Source of the DNA: Calditrichia bacterium
Lineage (GTDB): Bacteria > Calditrichota > Calditrichia > JAJRVZ01
Assembly (NCBI GenBank): GCA_963777955.1
Contig: CAVZSQ010000013.1
Location: 192,001-256,000 of the forward strand
DNA: 64,000 nucleotides
Direction: 5' to 3'
The position numbers were made by a program, and so were the translations under genes. Positions 47,528 to 57,457 of this stretch are shown piece by piece (within the stretch, counting starts at the first letter, position 1; each line of letters starts with the position of its first letter). The notes under the pieces are model-generated. The model did not search any database. It saw nothing but the letters and a program-made list of their open reading frames with translations, and was not told the DNA's origin.

Positions 47528-50500
47528 TTATTCCGGCAAATAATCCAGATTCGCTCCCAACCACTTTTCAGCAGTATGGATATCAATCCCTTTACGCCGG
47601 GCATAATCGAGTACCTGATCACGCGATATTTTGCCTACGCCAAAATAGGATGCCTGGGGATGTGCAAAATAATAACCGCACACCGAAGCTGCCGGCAGCA
47701 TGGCCTGGCTTTCTGTTAAACTGATGCCGGTATGTTCAGTTACCTTCAAAACTCCGAACAGGGTCTCTTTTTCACTATGATCGGGACAGGCGGGATAACC
47801 CGGAGCAGGTCGAATTCCACGATATTTTTCCTGAATCAGGTTCTCGTTATTTAATTCCTCCCCCTGGCATAGCCCCAGTAATCCCTGCGCACCTGTTGAT
47901 GCATTAATTCAGCGCATGCTTCAGCCAGACGGTCCGCCAGGGCCTTCAGTAAAATAGCCTGGTAATCATCATGTTGACTTTCGAACTGTTGAACTTTTTC
48001 CGCGCTGCCGATTCCGGCAGTAACCGCGAACAAGCCTAGATAATCCGGTTTTCCAGAGGATTGCGGAGCGATAAAATCGGCCAGGGCCAGGTTGGTGCGA
48101 TTCTGGCCTTTCTCCCCCTGTTGTCGCAGAGTATGAAAAATCGCCAGGATTTGTTTCCTGTTCCGCTCAGTGAAAATTGTGATGTCATCCCCTGAACTGC
48201 TGGCAGGATAGATGCCGATTACTGCTCTGGCTTGCAACCACTGTTCCTTAATGATTTTATCCAGCATATTCTGTGCGTCAGAGTATAGTTTGGCAGCCTC
48301 GATTCCTGATTCCTTGTCTTCCAGGATCTGTGGAAATTTCCCTTTTAATTCCCAGACCTGGAAGAAGGGTGTCCAATCGATCCGTTGACTGATTTCCGCC
48401 AGAGATAAATTCCGAAACACCTTCGCGCCCAGAAGATTCGGTTCCGGCGATTCGAACAATTCCCAGTTAATGACCAGTTTCCTCCGGCGGGCTTCACTCA
48501 ACGGTAATAATTGCTGGTCCTGATGTTTTTTACTATGCGCATCCCGTACTTTAACATATTCATTGGCTACTGCATTGAGATAGTCCGGTTTGAGTTCCGC
48601 ATTAAGCAAATTATTGACCACGCCTACTGCCCGCGAGGCATCAAGTACATGAATGACTGCACCTTGATAGAGCGGGGCGATTTTAACTGCAGTATGAACC
48701 CTGGAAGTAGTAGCACCGCCGATCAATATCGGCAGATTAATATTTTGCCGCTGAAATTCCCTGGCCACATGCACCATTTCATCCAGGGAAGGGGTGATCA
48801 GACCGCTTAAGCCGATAATGTCGGCCTGGTACTTTTGAACACTTTCTAATATTTTTTCGGCCGGAGTCATCACGCCCAGATCGATCACTTCATAATTATT
48901 ACAACCCAGCACCACGCCGACAATATTTTTACCTATATCATGTACATCACCTTTAACCGTGGCCAGAACAATGGTACCAGCCTTACGATGGGCCATTGCC
49001 GCAGACTGCTGTTCCAGGTAGGGGGTCAGGTAGGCCACAGCTTTTTTCATCACCCGGGCACTTTTTACCACCTGAGGCAGAAACATTTTTCCTGCGCCGA
49101 ACAGATCACCGACAACATTCATACCTTCCATCAGGGGTCCTTCGATGACCTTTAACGATTCTCCTAATGCCTGTCTGGCTTCAGCCGTGTCCTGCTCTAT
49201 ATATTCAACGATACCCTTGATCAACGCATGTTTGAGCCGTTCGGCCACCGGAAGTTGGCGCCAGGCCGGATCTTCAGTTTTGCTCTCCTGCTTATGCAGA
49301 TCTTTACCAATTTGCAGTAATTGTTCGGTGGCCTCTGCGGTCCGGTTCAGCAATAAATTCTCGGCCCGTTGCCTGAGTTCCGCCGGAATTTCTTCATAAA
49401 CCGGCAATTGACCGGCATTTACAATGCCCATATCCAGGCCCGCCTGGATCGCGTGATAGAGAAAAACAGAATGCATGGCTTCGCGGATGACATTGTTGCC
49501 CCGGAAGGCAAAAGAGACATTACTGATCCCGCCGCTGATCAGTGAATCGGGGAACAGTGATTTTAACTCCCGGGTGGCTGCAAAAAAATTGAGGGCATAG
49601 TTATTGTGTTCTTCCATACCCGTACCAACCGCAAATATATTGGGATCAAAAATAATGTCCTGCGCTGAAAAATTCAGTTTTTCAGTGAGTAAACGATAGG
49701 CCCGGCTGAGGATGGCGACTTTACGTTCCATGGTTTCGGCCTGGCCCTGTTCATCAAAGGCCATAACGATGACAGCGGCGCCATACTGCCGGGCCCGGGC
49801 CGCATGCTGTAAAAAGATCTCTTCCCCTTCTTTCAGGCTGATCGAGTTGACAATACCTTTGCCCTGCAGACATTTAAGACCCGCTTCGATTACCGACCAC
49901 CTGGATGAATCGAGCATAACCGGCAGACGGGCAATTTCAGGCTCCGCGGCGATCAGGTTGAGAAAATGGACCATTACTTTTTCCGAATCCAGCAATCCTT
50001 CATCCATATTGATGTCAAGAATCTGCGCACCGTTATCCACCTGTTCCCGGGCCACCTGTACGGCTTCTTCAAAATTTTCTTCAATAATTAGTTTTTTAAA
50101 TCTGGATGAACCGGTAACATTACATCTCTCACCAACATTAATGAAATTTGAATCAGGCCTGACCAGCAGTGGTTCCAGTCCGCTGAAGCAGGAAACTATT
50201 TTCGGTTGTGATATACGACGCGGAATTTTATCGGAAACGATGGCTGCAATTTTCTGAATATGTTCAGGGGTGGTACCGCAGCAACCGCCAACAATATTGA
50301 TAAAACCGCTTCCGGCATATTCACCCAGAATAGCAGCTGTAAATTCCGGTAATTCATCGTAGCCGCCGAAGGCATTAGGCAGGCCGGCATTGGGATGAAT
50401 ACTGACATAACAGTGTGACAAGCGGGACAGTTCTTCGATGAAGGGCCGCATCTGCCCGGCCCCCAGCGAGCAGTTAATACCGGTCGAGAAAAAATCAAAA

Positions 50501-51207
50501 TGTGAAACCGATATTAAAAAAGCTTCCAGGGTTTGACCGGAAAGTGTCCTGCCGCTGGCGTCAATCATCGAGACCGAAATCATTACCGGTATTTTTTTAC
50601 CTGTTTTTTGAAATTGCTCGTCTATAACGTATAGAATAGCTTTGCAGTTTAGTGTATCAAAGACCGTTTCCACCAGCAGCAGGTCGACCTCCCCGTCGAG
50701 CAGACCGCGGACCTGATCACGATAACCGGCTGCAACATCATCAAAGTTAACTCTACGATAGGCGGGCCGGTTAATGTCGGGTGATAATGAGGCGGTCTGA
50801 TTTGATGGTCCGATAGAGCCGGCTACAAAACGCGGTTTAGCGGGTTGCAATTGAGTGAAATCATCGGCCACCTGGCGGGCCAGTTGCGCAGACCTGAAAT
50901 TCATTTCATAGACTGTGTCGCTTAATTGATAATCCTTCTGGGATAGACTGTTGGCATTGAAAGTATTCGTCTCAATAATGTCGGCACCGGCATGAAAATA
51001 CTGACGATGAATGGTGGCGATCTCCTCCGCCTGGGTAAGTGATAAAAGATCCGTATTGCCCTTCAGATCGACGGGATGATCTTTAAACCGTTCACCGCGG
51101 TAATCTGTTTCCTGCAGTCCCAACCGCTGGGTCATGGTACCCATCGCGCCATCAAGTACCATGATGCGTTGATTCAATATTTCCTGCAAAATCCGTGTTT
51201 TATTCAT
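47528..51207 (-). CDS. metH: Cobalamin-dependent methionine synthase (frameshift at G-run ~47862)
   Basis: [44 protein letters not shown] and YFAHP in the downstream frame. Confidence 0.96.
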
Positions 51208-51364
51208 GCGGTTAAGTTCTTTATTTTCGATTAATTAACTATTAGTTTTATCAATTTAATCTAAAATACTATGATTTTTAGTAAAAGTGGAAACAATTCA
51301 GTATATTTTTTCGCTTTAATTAATATGCGTCTGATCAATCGTTATATAATAGGAATTCTTGCTG

Positions 51365-51778
51365 ATGAGTGAAACCGTTAATTTATCCATGGTCGAAATC
51401 GTGTCAAGATTGCATAAGATTGATCTGCCCGCAATCGATTTAATCGTAGGTATTGCCTCGGGAGGAATTGTTCCGGCCAGTTTACTGGCCTATAAACTTC
51501 AGAAACCGCTGCAACTTATCCACATCAACTACCGGGACGTTCACAATAAGCCTAAATTCGGGCAACCGCAGTTACTGGAAAATTTCCAGATCGAACAGAT
51601 GAACCAGAGAATTTTAATAGTAGATGATGTCAGTGTAACAGGCAGCACACTGAATTTTGTAAAAGAATTACTAAAAAATCAGCAGGTCTGGACCTTCACC
51701 ATGAAAGGTAAAGCCGATTTTGTATTATTTCCCGAAATATCTTCATGCGTGACCTGGCCGTGGAAAGCTAAACTATAA
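51365..51778 (+). CDS. Type I phosphoribosyltransferase family protein
   Basis: PRPP-binding loop ILIVDDVSVTGST. Confidence 0.85.
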   Translation: MSETVNLSMVEIVSRLHKIDLPAIDLIVGIASGGIVPASLLAYKLQKPLQLIHINYRDVHNKPKFGQPQLLENFQIEQMNQRILIVDDVSVTGSTLNFVKELLKNQQVWTFTMKGKADFVLFPEISSCVTWPWKAKL

Positions 51779-51828
51779 TGATTTACCCTTTATAAACATA
51801 ATTATGATTATGACAGGCTGTTCAGGTC

Positions 51829-53176
51829 TTAATCGGTTGAAGCCTTATCCAGATTTTTGTTCCACAGATATCCCCGCGTTTCAGTAACAATCACTGCCTG
51901 CAGGACCAACAACGAAACAAGATTGGGAATGGCCATTAATCCGTTGGTTATATCGGCCAGCGACCAGACCAGCGGCAGTGATAACACCGATCCGATCATT
52001 ACCACTACCACCCACAACCAGCGGTAGGGCTGAATAGCTTTACGACCCCAGATGTATTCGGCTGCTTTTTCACCGTAGTAGGACCAGCCCAGGATTGTGG
52101 AAAAAACAAAGGTTAACAAACCCACGGTTAGCACCAGCGGACCCACCAGCGGGATATCACTGAACGCAGCTTTGGTCAGAGCCGCTCCTTTGACACCCGT
52201 CATCCATTCACCGGAATTGACGATAACCAGTCCGGTCATGGCACACACTATCACAGTGTCCCAGAAAGTACCCGTTGATGAAACCAGTGCCTGCCGTACC
52301 GGGTTTTTGGTCTGAGCGGCAGCGGCCACAATGGGGGCGCTGCCTAATCCCGATTCATTGGAAAAGAGGCCGCGGGCTACACCGTAGCGAATTGCTTCCT
52401 TCATGCCGGCACCAAGAAAACCACCGATCATCGCCTGTCCGCTGAAGGCCGAGTTAATGATCAGCATAAAAGTGCCGGGAATCTTCTGCCAGTCAAGCCA
52501 GAGCAGTATCAGGCAACCGAGCACATAAAATATGGCCATAAAGGGAACCAGTTTTTCACAGACCTTGGCAATTGATTTAATACCACCCAGGATTACAATG
52601 GCGGTCAGCACGGTAAGTACGATACCTGTGATCCAGGTTTCTATTCCAAAGGTTTCCTGCACAAGCGAAGAGATGGAATTGGCCTGAACCATATTGCCGA
52701 TTCCGAAAGCAGAAACCGCAGTCAGGGCGGCGAAGATGATACCCAGCCATTTTTTATTCATACCCCGTTCCAGGACATACATGGGTCCGCCGGCCATCAG
52801 GCCATCCGCGGTTTTGATGCGGTATTTCACTGCCAGCAGAGCTTCTGAATATTTTGTAGCTATTCCGAAAACGCCCGTCAGCCACATCCATAATACCGCC
52901 CCGGGACCACCGGAGGCGACAGCGGTTGCCACACCCACAATATTACCGGTACCAATGGTCGCTGCCAGGGCAGTAGTCAACGCCCCAAACTGGCTGACAT
53001 CTCCGCTGCCTTCGGTCGATCGTTTCAATGATAACTTTATGGCCGTACCCAGATAGCGTTGTATAAAACGCAACCGGAAAGTAAGGAAAACATGTGTACC
53101 CAATAAAAGTATAAGCAGAGGTGGACCCCAAACCAGGTTACTGATATCGGAAATAATCTGTTCTAGTTGTGACCAT
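51829..53176 (-). CDS. Alanine/glycine:cation symporter (AGCS family)
   Basis: ATIGTGNIVGVATA, GGPGAVLWMW, GLFSNESGLGSAP. Likely start ATG 53176 (RBS AGAGGT) with one extra G immediately after it. Confidence 0.93.
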
Positions 53177-53195
53177 GCTAAACCTCTTCTATTTG

Positions 53196-53250
53196 ACCCT
53201 CCCCTTTTCTCCTCCCTGTATACATAAGGGAGGGGGTGAAAGGGGTGGGT
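53196..53250. repeat. REP-like long hairpin, copy 2
   Basis: ACCCTCCCCTTTTCTCCTCCCT-GTATACATA-AGGGAGGGGGTGAAAGGGGTGGGT. Confidence 0.7.
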
Positions 53251-53309
53251 TTTGCAATTTTCTACAGACATTTGATGCCTGCGGCATCATTACTCCATAT
53301 CTTCTTGAT

Positions 53310-53415
53310 TCTAAAATCTTTCATCTTTAATCTTTATTTTTGTGCCTCAGTGCCTCATTGTTTGCCTTATTTTTTACCCTTTACCCTTTACCCTTTGCCC
53401 TTTGCCCTTTATCCT
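53310..53415. repeat. Composite short tandem repeats (7-mer, 8-mer, 7-mer)
   Basis: TCTAAAA TCTTTCA TCTTTAA TCTTTAT; TTGTGCCT CAGTGCCT; TTACCCT x3, TTGCCCT x2, TTATCCT. Confidence 0.8.
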
Positions 53416-55374
53416 TTTTATCTCATCCCTGATCATGGCTGCCCGTTCAAATTCCAGGTTAGCGGCCTTGGCTTTCATTTCTATTTCCAGGCGTTCCAGC
53501 AGTTCTTCCCGGTCTAAGATACCATATTCCATTTGCGGTTCTGCTACTTTGGGCAATTTATGCCGGACTTCGGCGATGCTGGTGGCAGCCAGAATTTCTT
53601 CGGTCGTCTTATATATCGTAGTTGCGGTAATACCATGATCCTGATTGTACTGCAACTGCTTCTCCCGGCGACGATTGGTTTCATCAATTGTTTTACGCAT
53701 GGATTCGGTCATTTTATCCGCATAAAAAATGACACGACCTCCGATATTGCGGGCTGCCCGGCCGGAAGTTTGCATTAATGATACATACGAGCGCAGGAAT
53801 CCTTCTTTGTCCGCATCCAGCACTGCTACCAGTGAAACCTCCGGCAGATCCAGACCTTCACGTAACAAATTAATTCCCACCAGCACATCAAACTCGGCCA
53901 GGCGCAAATCGCGCAGGATATCTACCCGTTCCAGGGCATTGATCTCCGAATGCAAATACCGCACATTTATATTCATGCCCCGCAAATAGTCGGTCAGATC
54001 CTCGGACATGCGCTTGGTCAGCGTTGTAACCAGGGTACGTTCTTTCTTTTTCACCTGTGTTCTGATTTCAGCAATCAAATCATCAATCTGGGTGGCGACG
54101 GGACGGACTTCGATCTGCGGATCGACCAGACCGGTGGGACGTATTACCTGCTCAACTATTACTCCTTTACTCCGGGTTAGTTCGTATTCCGCTGGTGTAG
54201 CCGATACATAGATCACCTGCGGCATGTGTTCCTCAAATTCCTGAAATTTTAACGGACGATTGTCCAGGGCACTGGGCAGGCGAAATCCATATTCCACCAG
54301 CGTTTCCTTGCGGGAGCGGTCGCCGTTATACATTGCTTTTACCTGTGGTATGGACTGATGACTTTCATCGATAAATATCAGGAAATCTTTGGGGAAAAAA
54401 TCTATCAGCGTATAGGGCGGTTCGCCTGGTGCCCGGCCGGTAAGATGCCTGGAATAATTCTCAATTCCCGAGCAATAACCGATTTCCTGCATCATTTCCA
54501 GATCGAAATTCGTCCGCATCTCCAGCCGCTGCGCCTCTAAAAGTTTATTGTGCTGGCGCAGAAATTCCAATTGTAGCTGTAATTCTTCCCGTATTGTCTG
54601 AATAGCCTGCTGCAGTTTATCGCTGGTGGTTACAAAATGCCGTGCCGGATAAATGACAGCCAGCGGCACTTTTTGCATCACCGTACCGCTGACAACATCA
54701 ATCCAGCAAAGATTTTCTATTTCATTGCCGAAATATTCAACCCGCAGCGCTTCTTCGCCGTAGGCCGGGAAAATATCGACTGTATCACCGCGCACCCTGA
54801 AGGTTCCGCGCTGAAAATCAAAATCATTACGGTTATACTGGATATCAACCAGTTTCAACAACAGATCATTCCGTTCGAACTTGTCACCCTGACGAATCAT
54901 AACCATTAATTTTTGGTAATCCTGCGGCGAACCCAATCCATAAATACAGGATACACTGGCCACGATGATTACATCACGCCTGGCCATCAGCGAGGAAGTA
55001 GCTTTTAAACGCAAACGATCGATCTCATCGTTGATGGAGGAATCTTTTTCAATATATGTATCGGTTTGCGGTACATAGGCTTCCGGCTGGTAATAATCAT
55101 AATAAGAGATAAAAAATTCTACGGCATTCTGTGGAAAGAAACCTTTAAATTCTCCGTACAATTGCGCCGCCAGGGTTTTGTTATGAGAAATAACCAGAGT
55201 TGGCAGATTGACTCCGGCAATTACGTTAGCCATGGTAAATGTTTTACCGCTGCCGGTAACCCCCAACAAAGTCTGATGCTTGACATTACTGCGGATCCCG
55301 TCGCACAGTTCTTTAATGGCCTGAGGTTGATCCCCCTGCGGCTGATACTTTGACTGTAGTTGAAATTGGTTCAT
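53374..55374 (-). CDS. uvrB: Excinuclease ABC subunit B
   Basis: [43 protein letters not shown] domain FERAAMIRD. Confidence 0.98.
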   Translation of the reverse strand: MNQFQLQSKYQPQGDQPQAIKELCDGIRSNVKHQTLLGVTGSGKTFTMANVIAGVNLPTLVISHNKTLAAQLYGEFKGFFPQNAVEFFISYYDYYQPEAYVPQTDTYIEKDSSINDEIDRLRLKATSSLMARRDVIIVASVSCIYGLGSPQDYQKLMVMIRQGDKFERNDLLLKLVDIQYNRNDFDFQRGTFRVRGDTVDIFPAYGEEALRVEYFGNEIENLCWIDVVSGTVMQKVPLAVIYPARHFVTTSDKLQQAIQTIREELQLQLEFLRQHNKLLEAQRLEMRTNFDLEMMQEIGYCSGIENYSRHLTGRAPGEPPYTLIDFFPKDFLIFIDESHQSIPQVKAMYNGDRSRKETLVEYGFRLPSALDNRPLKFQEFEEHMPQVIYVSATPAEYELTRSKGVIVEQVIRPTGLVDPQIEVRPVATQIDDLIAEIRTQVKKKERTLVTTLTKRMSEDLTDYLRGMNINVRYLHSEINALERVDILRDLRLAEFDVLVGINLLREGLDLPEVSLVAVLDADKEGFLRSYVSLMQTSGRAARNIGGRVIFYADKMTESMRKTIDETNRRREKQLQYNQDHGITATTIYKTTEEILAATSIAEVRHKLPKVAEPQMEYGILDREELLERLEIEMKAKAANLEFERAAMIRDEIKRIKGKGQRVKGKG

Positions 55375-55389
55375 GACTCATCCACTAGC

Positions 55390-55413
55390 AGGCACTGAGG
55401 CACTCAGGCACAA
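55390..55413. repeat. Octamer tandem repeat AGGCACnn x3
   Basis: AGGCACTG AGGCACTC AGGCACAA; reverse complement matches 53340..53357. Confidence 0.7.
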
Positions 55414-55432
55414 TATTTTTTATCGTATTTAT

Positions 55433-55726
55433 CTACTGCTGTGCCGGAGGGGATATAACAGAATCTTTCCTCATAGCAGCCAGGTAATTTTTCTGGCAAT
55501 GCTCACTGCAGAAATAAAGAGTTTGCTCATCCTGGGTATACTTAATCATTTCACTCTTCGACATTACCATTCCGCAACCCGGGCAGGTTGCCTGGCTGGT
55601 ATCCGCGACCGTGGATTCGGTTTGTGATTTTCCCTTAGTTTCCATCTCCTGTTTTTTTTCAGCGGAACAGGCCAGTAAAAGCATTAAGGGTATGATCAGT
55701 ATATACATCAGCATGCTGTGATTCAT
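55433..55726 (-). CDS. YHS/TRASH-domain lipoprotein
   Basis: Lipobox LLLAC; CPGCGM...LYFCSEHC. Confidence 0.82.
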   Translation of the reverse strand: MNHSMLMYILIIPLMLLLACSAEKKQEMETKGKSQTESTVADTSQATCPGCGMVMSKSEMIKYTQDEQTLYFCSEHCQKNYLAAMRKDSVISPPAQQ

Positions 55727-55874
55727 ATTATTGCTCTCCCTGCAAAATGAAATTTAATTTACTCCGCTGCTGCTATGTAGTCAATTGCTTTATCGGCATT
55801 ACTGCTTTTTGAATTTGAATTTTAACAATCTGCTGACTAGATTTAAAAAGTACTTGCAATTATAGCACAACAAT

Positions 55875-56603
55875 ATGCTGCCGATAAAATACCTGATCTT
55901 CGATGCCGACGACACTTTATGGGCCAATAACGTTTTTTATGAACGGGCCACCTATCATTTTTTCCAGTTGGCCGGGAAAGCCGGTGTAAGCCTGGATAAA
56001 GTTGAGCAGGATTTTCAGTCGCTTGAACTGCAAACGGTGCAGGAACACGGCTACGGCAGTGATAGTTTTCTGCTGATCATGGAGCGCATATACAAAAAAT
56101 ATGCAGACATTCTGACCACTGCCCGGCAGCAGAAAGAATACCTGTCCATCATTGCCGATTTTAAACAGCGGGCCTGGCGGCGGCCAGCCATTTTCCCCGG
56201 GGTTCTTCCGGTACTGAAACAATTGCGCAAAAGGTTTGAATTGTATATCCTGACCAAAGGTAATATTGAGGAACAGAATCGCAAGTTGCAGAACTCACGT
56301 TTGCTGCCTCTGTTCTGCGGCGCCTTTGTCGAATTAGAAAAGAATCAACATACTTATGAACGAATTTTGCAGCAAAAAGGCTGGCTGGCAGCTGAGGTTT
56401 GCATGATCGGCAACAGTCCGAAATCCGATATCAATCCTGCCCTAAAATGCGGTATGCAGGCGATCTTTATCCCGTACTCTTATACCTGGAAATTCGATAC
56501 AGAACCATTACTGGCAGGACATCCGAAACTGGTGACCGTTAAAAGTTTTGCTGATCTGCAGCAAATTCTTAATCAGAGTGATACCCCGTCTGCAGTATCA
56601 TGA
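55875..56603 (+). CDS. HAD-superfamily hydrolase
   Basis: FDADDTLW, LTKG, MIGNSPKSDI. Confidence 0.9.
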   Translation: MLPIKYLIFDADDTLWANNVFYERATYHFFQLAGKAGVSLDKVEQDFQSLELQTVQEHGYGSDSFLLIMERIYKKYADILTTARQQKEYLSIIADFKQRAWRRPAIFPGVLPVLKQLRKRFELYILTKGNIEEQNRKLQNSRLLPLFCGAFVELEKNQHTYERILQQKGWLAAEVCMIGNSPKSDINPALKCGMQAIFIPYSYTWKFDTEPLLAGHPKLVTVKSFADLQQILNQSDTPSAVS

Positions 56604-57436
56604 CCTCTGGAATACAACCTGATGCTGCCGTTCGTGGTATGGCAATACAGGCTTCCGGCACCGTCGCCGATTATTCCCGACACATGTTGTCTGGACCAGT
56701 CTCGTTGTTCGCTATAAGAAAAATCGCTGTCGATATGACCATTAGTGGTTTTCAGATTTACTTCCGCACCATAATTCTCCGGCAAACGCAGGGTGATTGA
56801 ACCGTTGGTAGTCGAGAAATTGATTTCTTCATCGGGCGGTACGGATAACAATTCAATATCAAGCGAGCCATTTGTCGTTTTTGAGCGGACCAGACCTTCA
56901 ATTTCCCTGGCAGTAATTTTGCCGTTAGTGGAGTTCAGGCGCAGGCGTCCCTTGATCTGCTGACAATAAATTTTTCCATTGGTTGTTTTAATGTTCAGAT
57001 CTATCGATTTAGGAACTTTCAATTCATACTCTACCGAAAAAGAATTATTATCCCCGTTAAACAACCAATTAAAAAATCCACCGTCCTTTTTCATAGTCTG
57101 TGGAGTAATCGTCTCAATTTTGATCTCCGTTGCCGTTTGAACCACCTCGATTTTCAATTCCTGCATCAATTCTTCAGCTTGTCCGCTGCTTCCGGCCCGT
57201 ACCTTTTTGTATGCTTTGATCTCAACTTCATTTTTATCCCAGGATTGTACCTCCACACCGCCGTTTGAATTATCCAGTTCCAGATAGCCGCCCTGCTGGA
57301 ATGAAATCTGTTTGGTAAAAACTTCTTCTACGGTAGCCGCATTCGACCATGTAGCAGGTAAAAGCAAAAGAGATACAAAGATGGTCAGCGGCAACCACCG
57401 CCAGCGAAGGTCTTTACCGGTATTATTACGCAGCAT
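56573..57436 (-). CDS. Exported DUF4097-like (toast-rack beta-repeat) protein
   Basis: Signal peptide; repeated (T/S)TNG(K/S/H)(I/L) units; VEYELKVPK. Confidence 0.85.
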   Translation of the reverse strand: MLRNNTGKDLRWRWLPLTIFVSLLLLPATWSNAATVEEVFTKQISFQQGGYLELDNSNGGVEVQSWDKNEVEIKAYKKVRAGSSGQAEELMQELKIEVVQTATEIKIETITPQTMKKDGGFFNWLFNGDNNSFSVEYELKVPKSIDLNIKTTNGKIYCQQIKGRLRLNSTNGKITAREIEGLVRSKTTNGSLDIELLSVPPDEEINFSTTNGSITLRLPENYGAEVNLKTTNGHIDSDFSYSEQRDWSRQHVSGIIGDGAGSLYCHTTNGSIRLYSRGHDTADGVSL

Positions 57437-57457
57437 GTAACCTCCTGAAAATAAACA

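Noticed and set aside
47512..47622. 37-aa N-terminal extension of saccharopine dehydrogenase
   Set aside because: Overlaps the true metH 3' end; the Rossmann motif begins right after ATG 47511
51208..51358. SAM or cobalamin riboswitch upstream of metH
   Set aside because: Short, very AT-rich divergent intergenic region with no recognisable aptamer motifs
53177..53271. N-terminal extension of the AGCS symporter
   Set aside because: Reads through the REP-like hairpin; the SD+ATG at 53176 with a one-base error fits better
53374..53415. Telomere-like repeat or CRISPR array
   Set aside because: Unit is GGGTAAA/GGGCAAA, not TTTAGGG; no spacers and no cas genes
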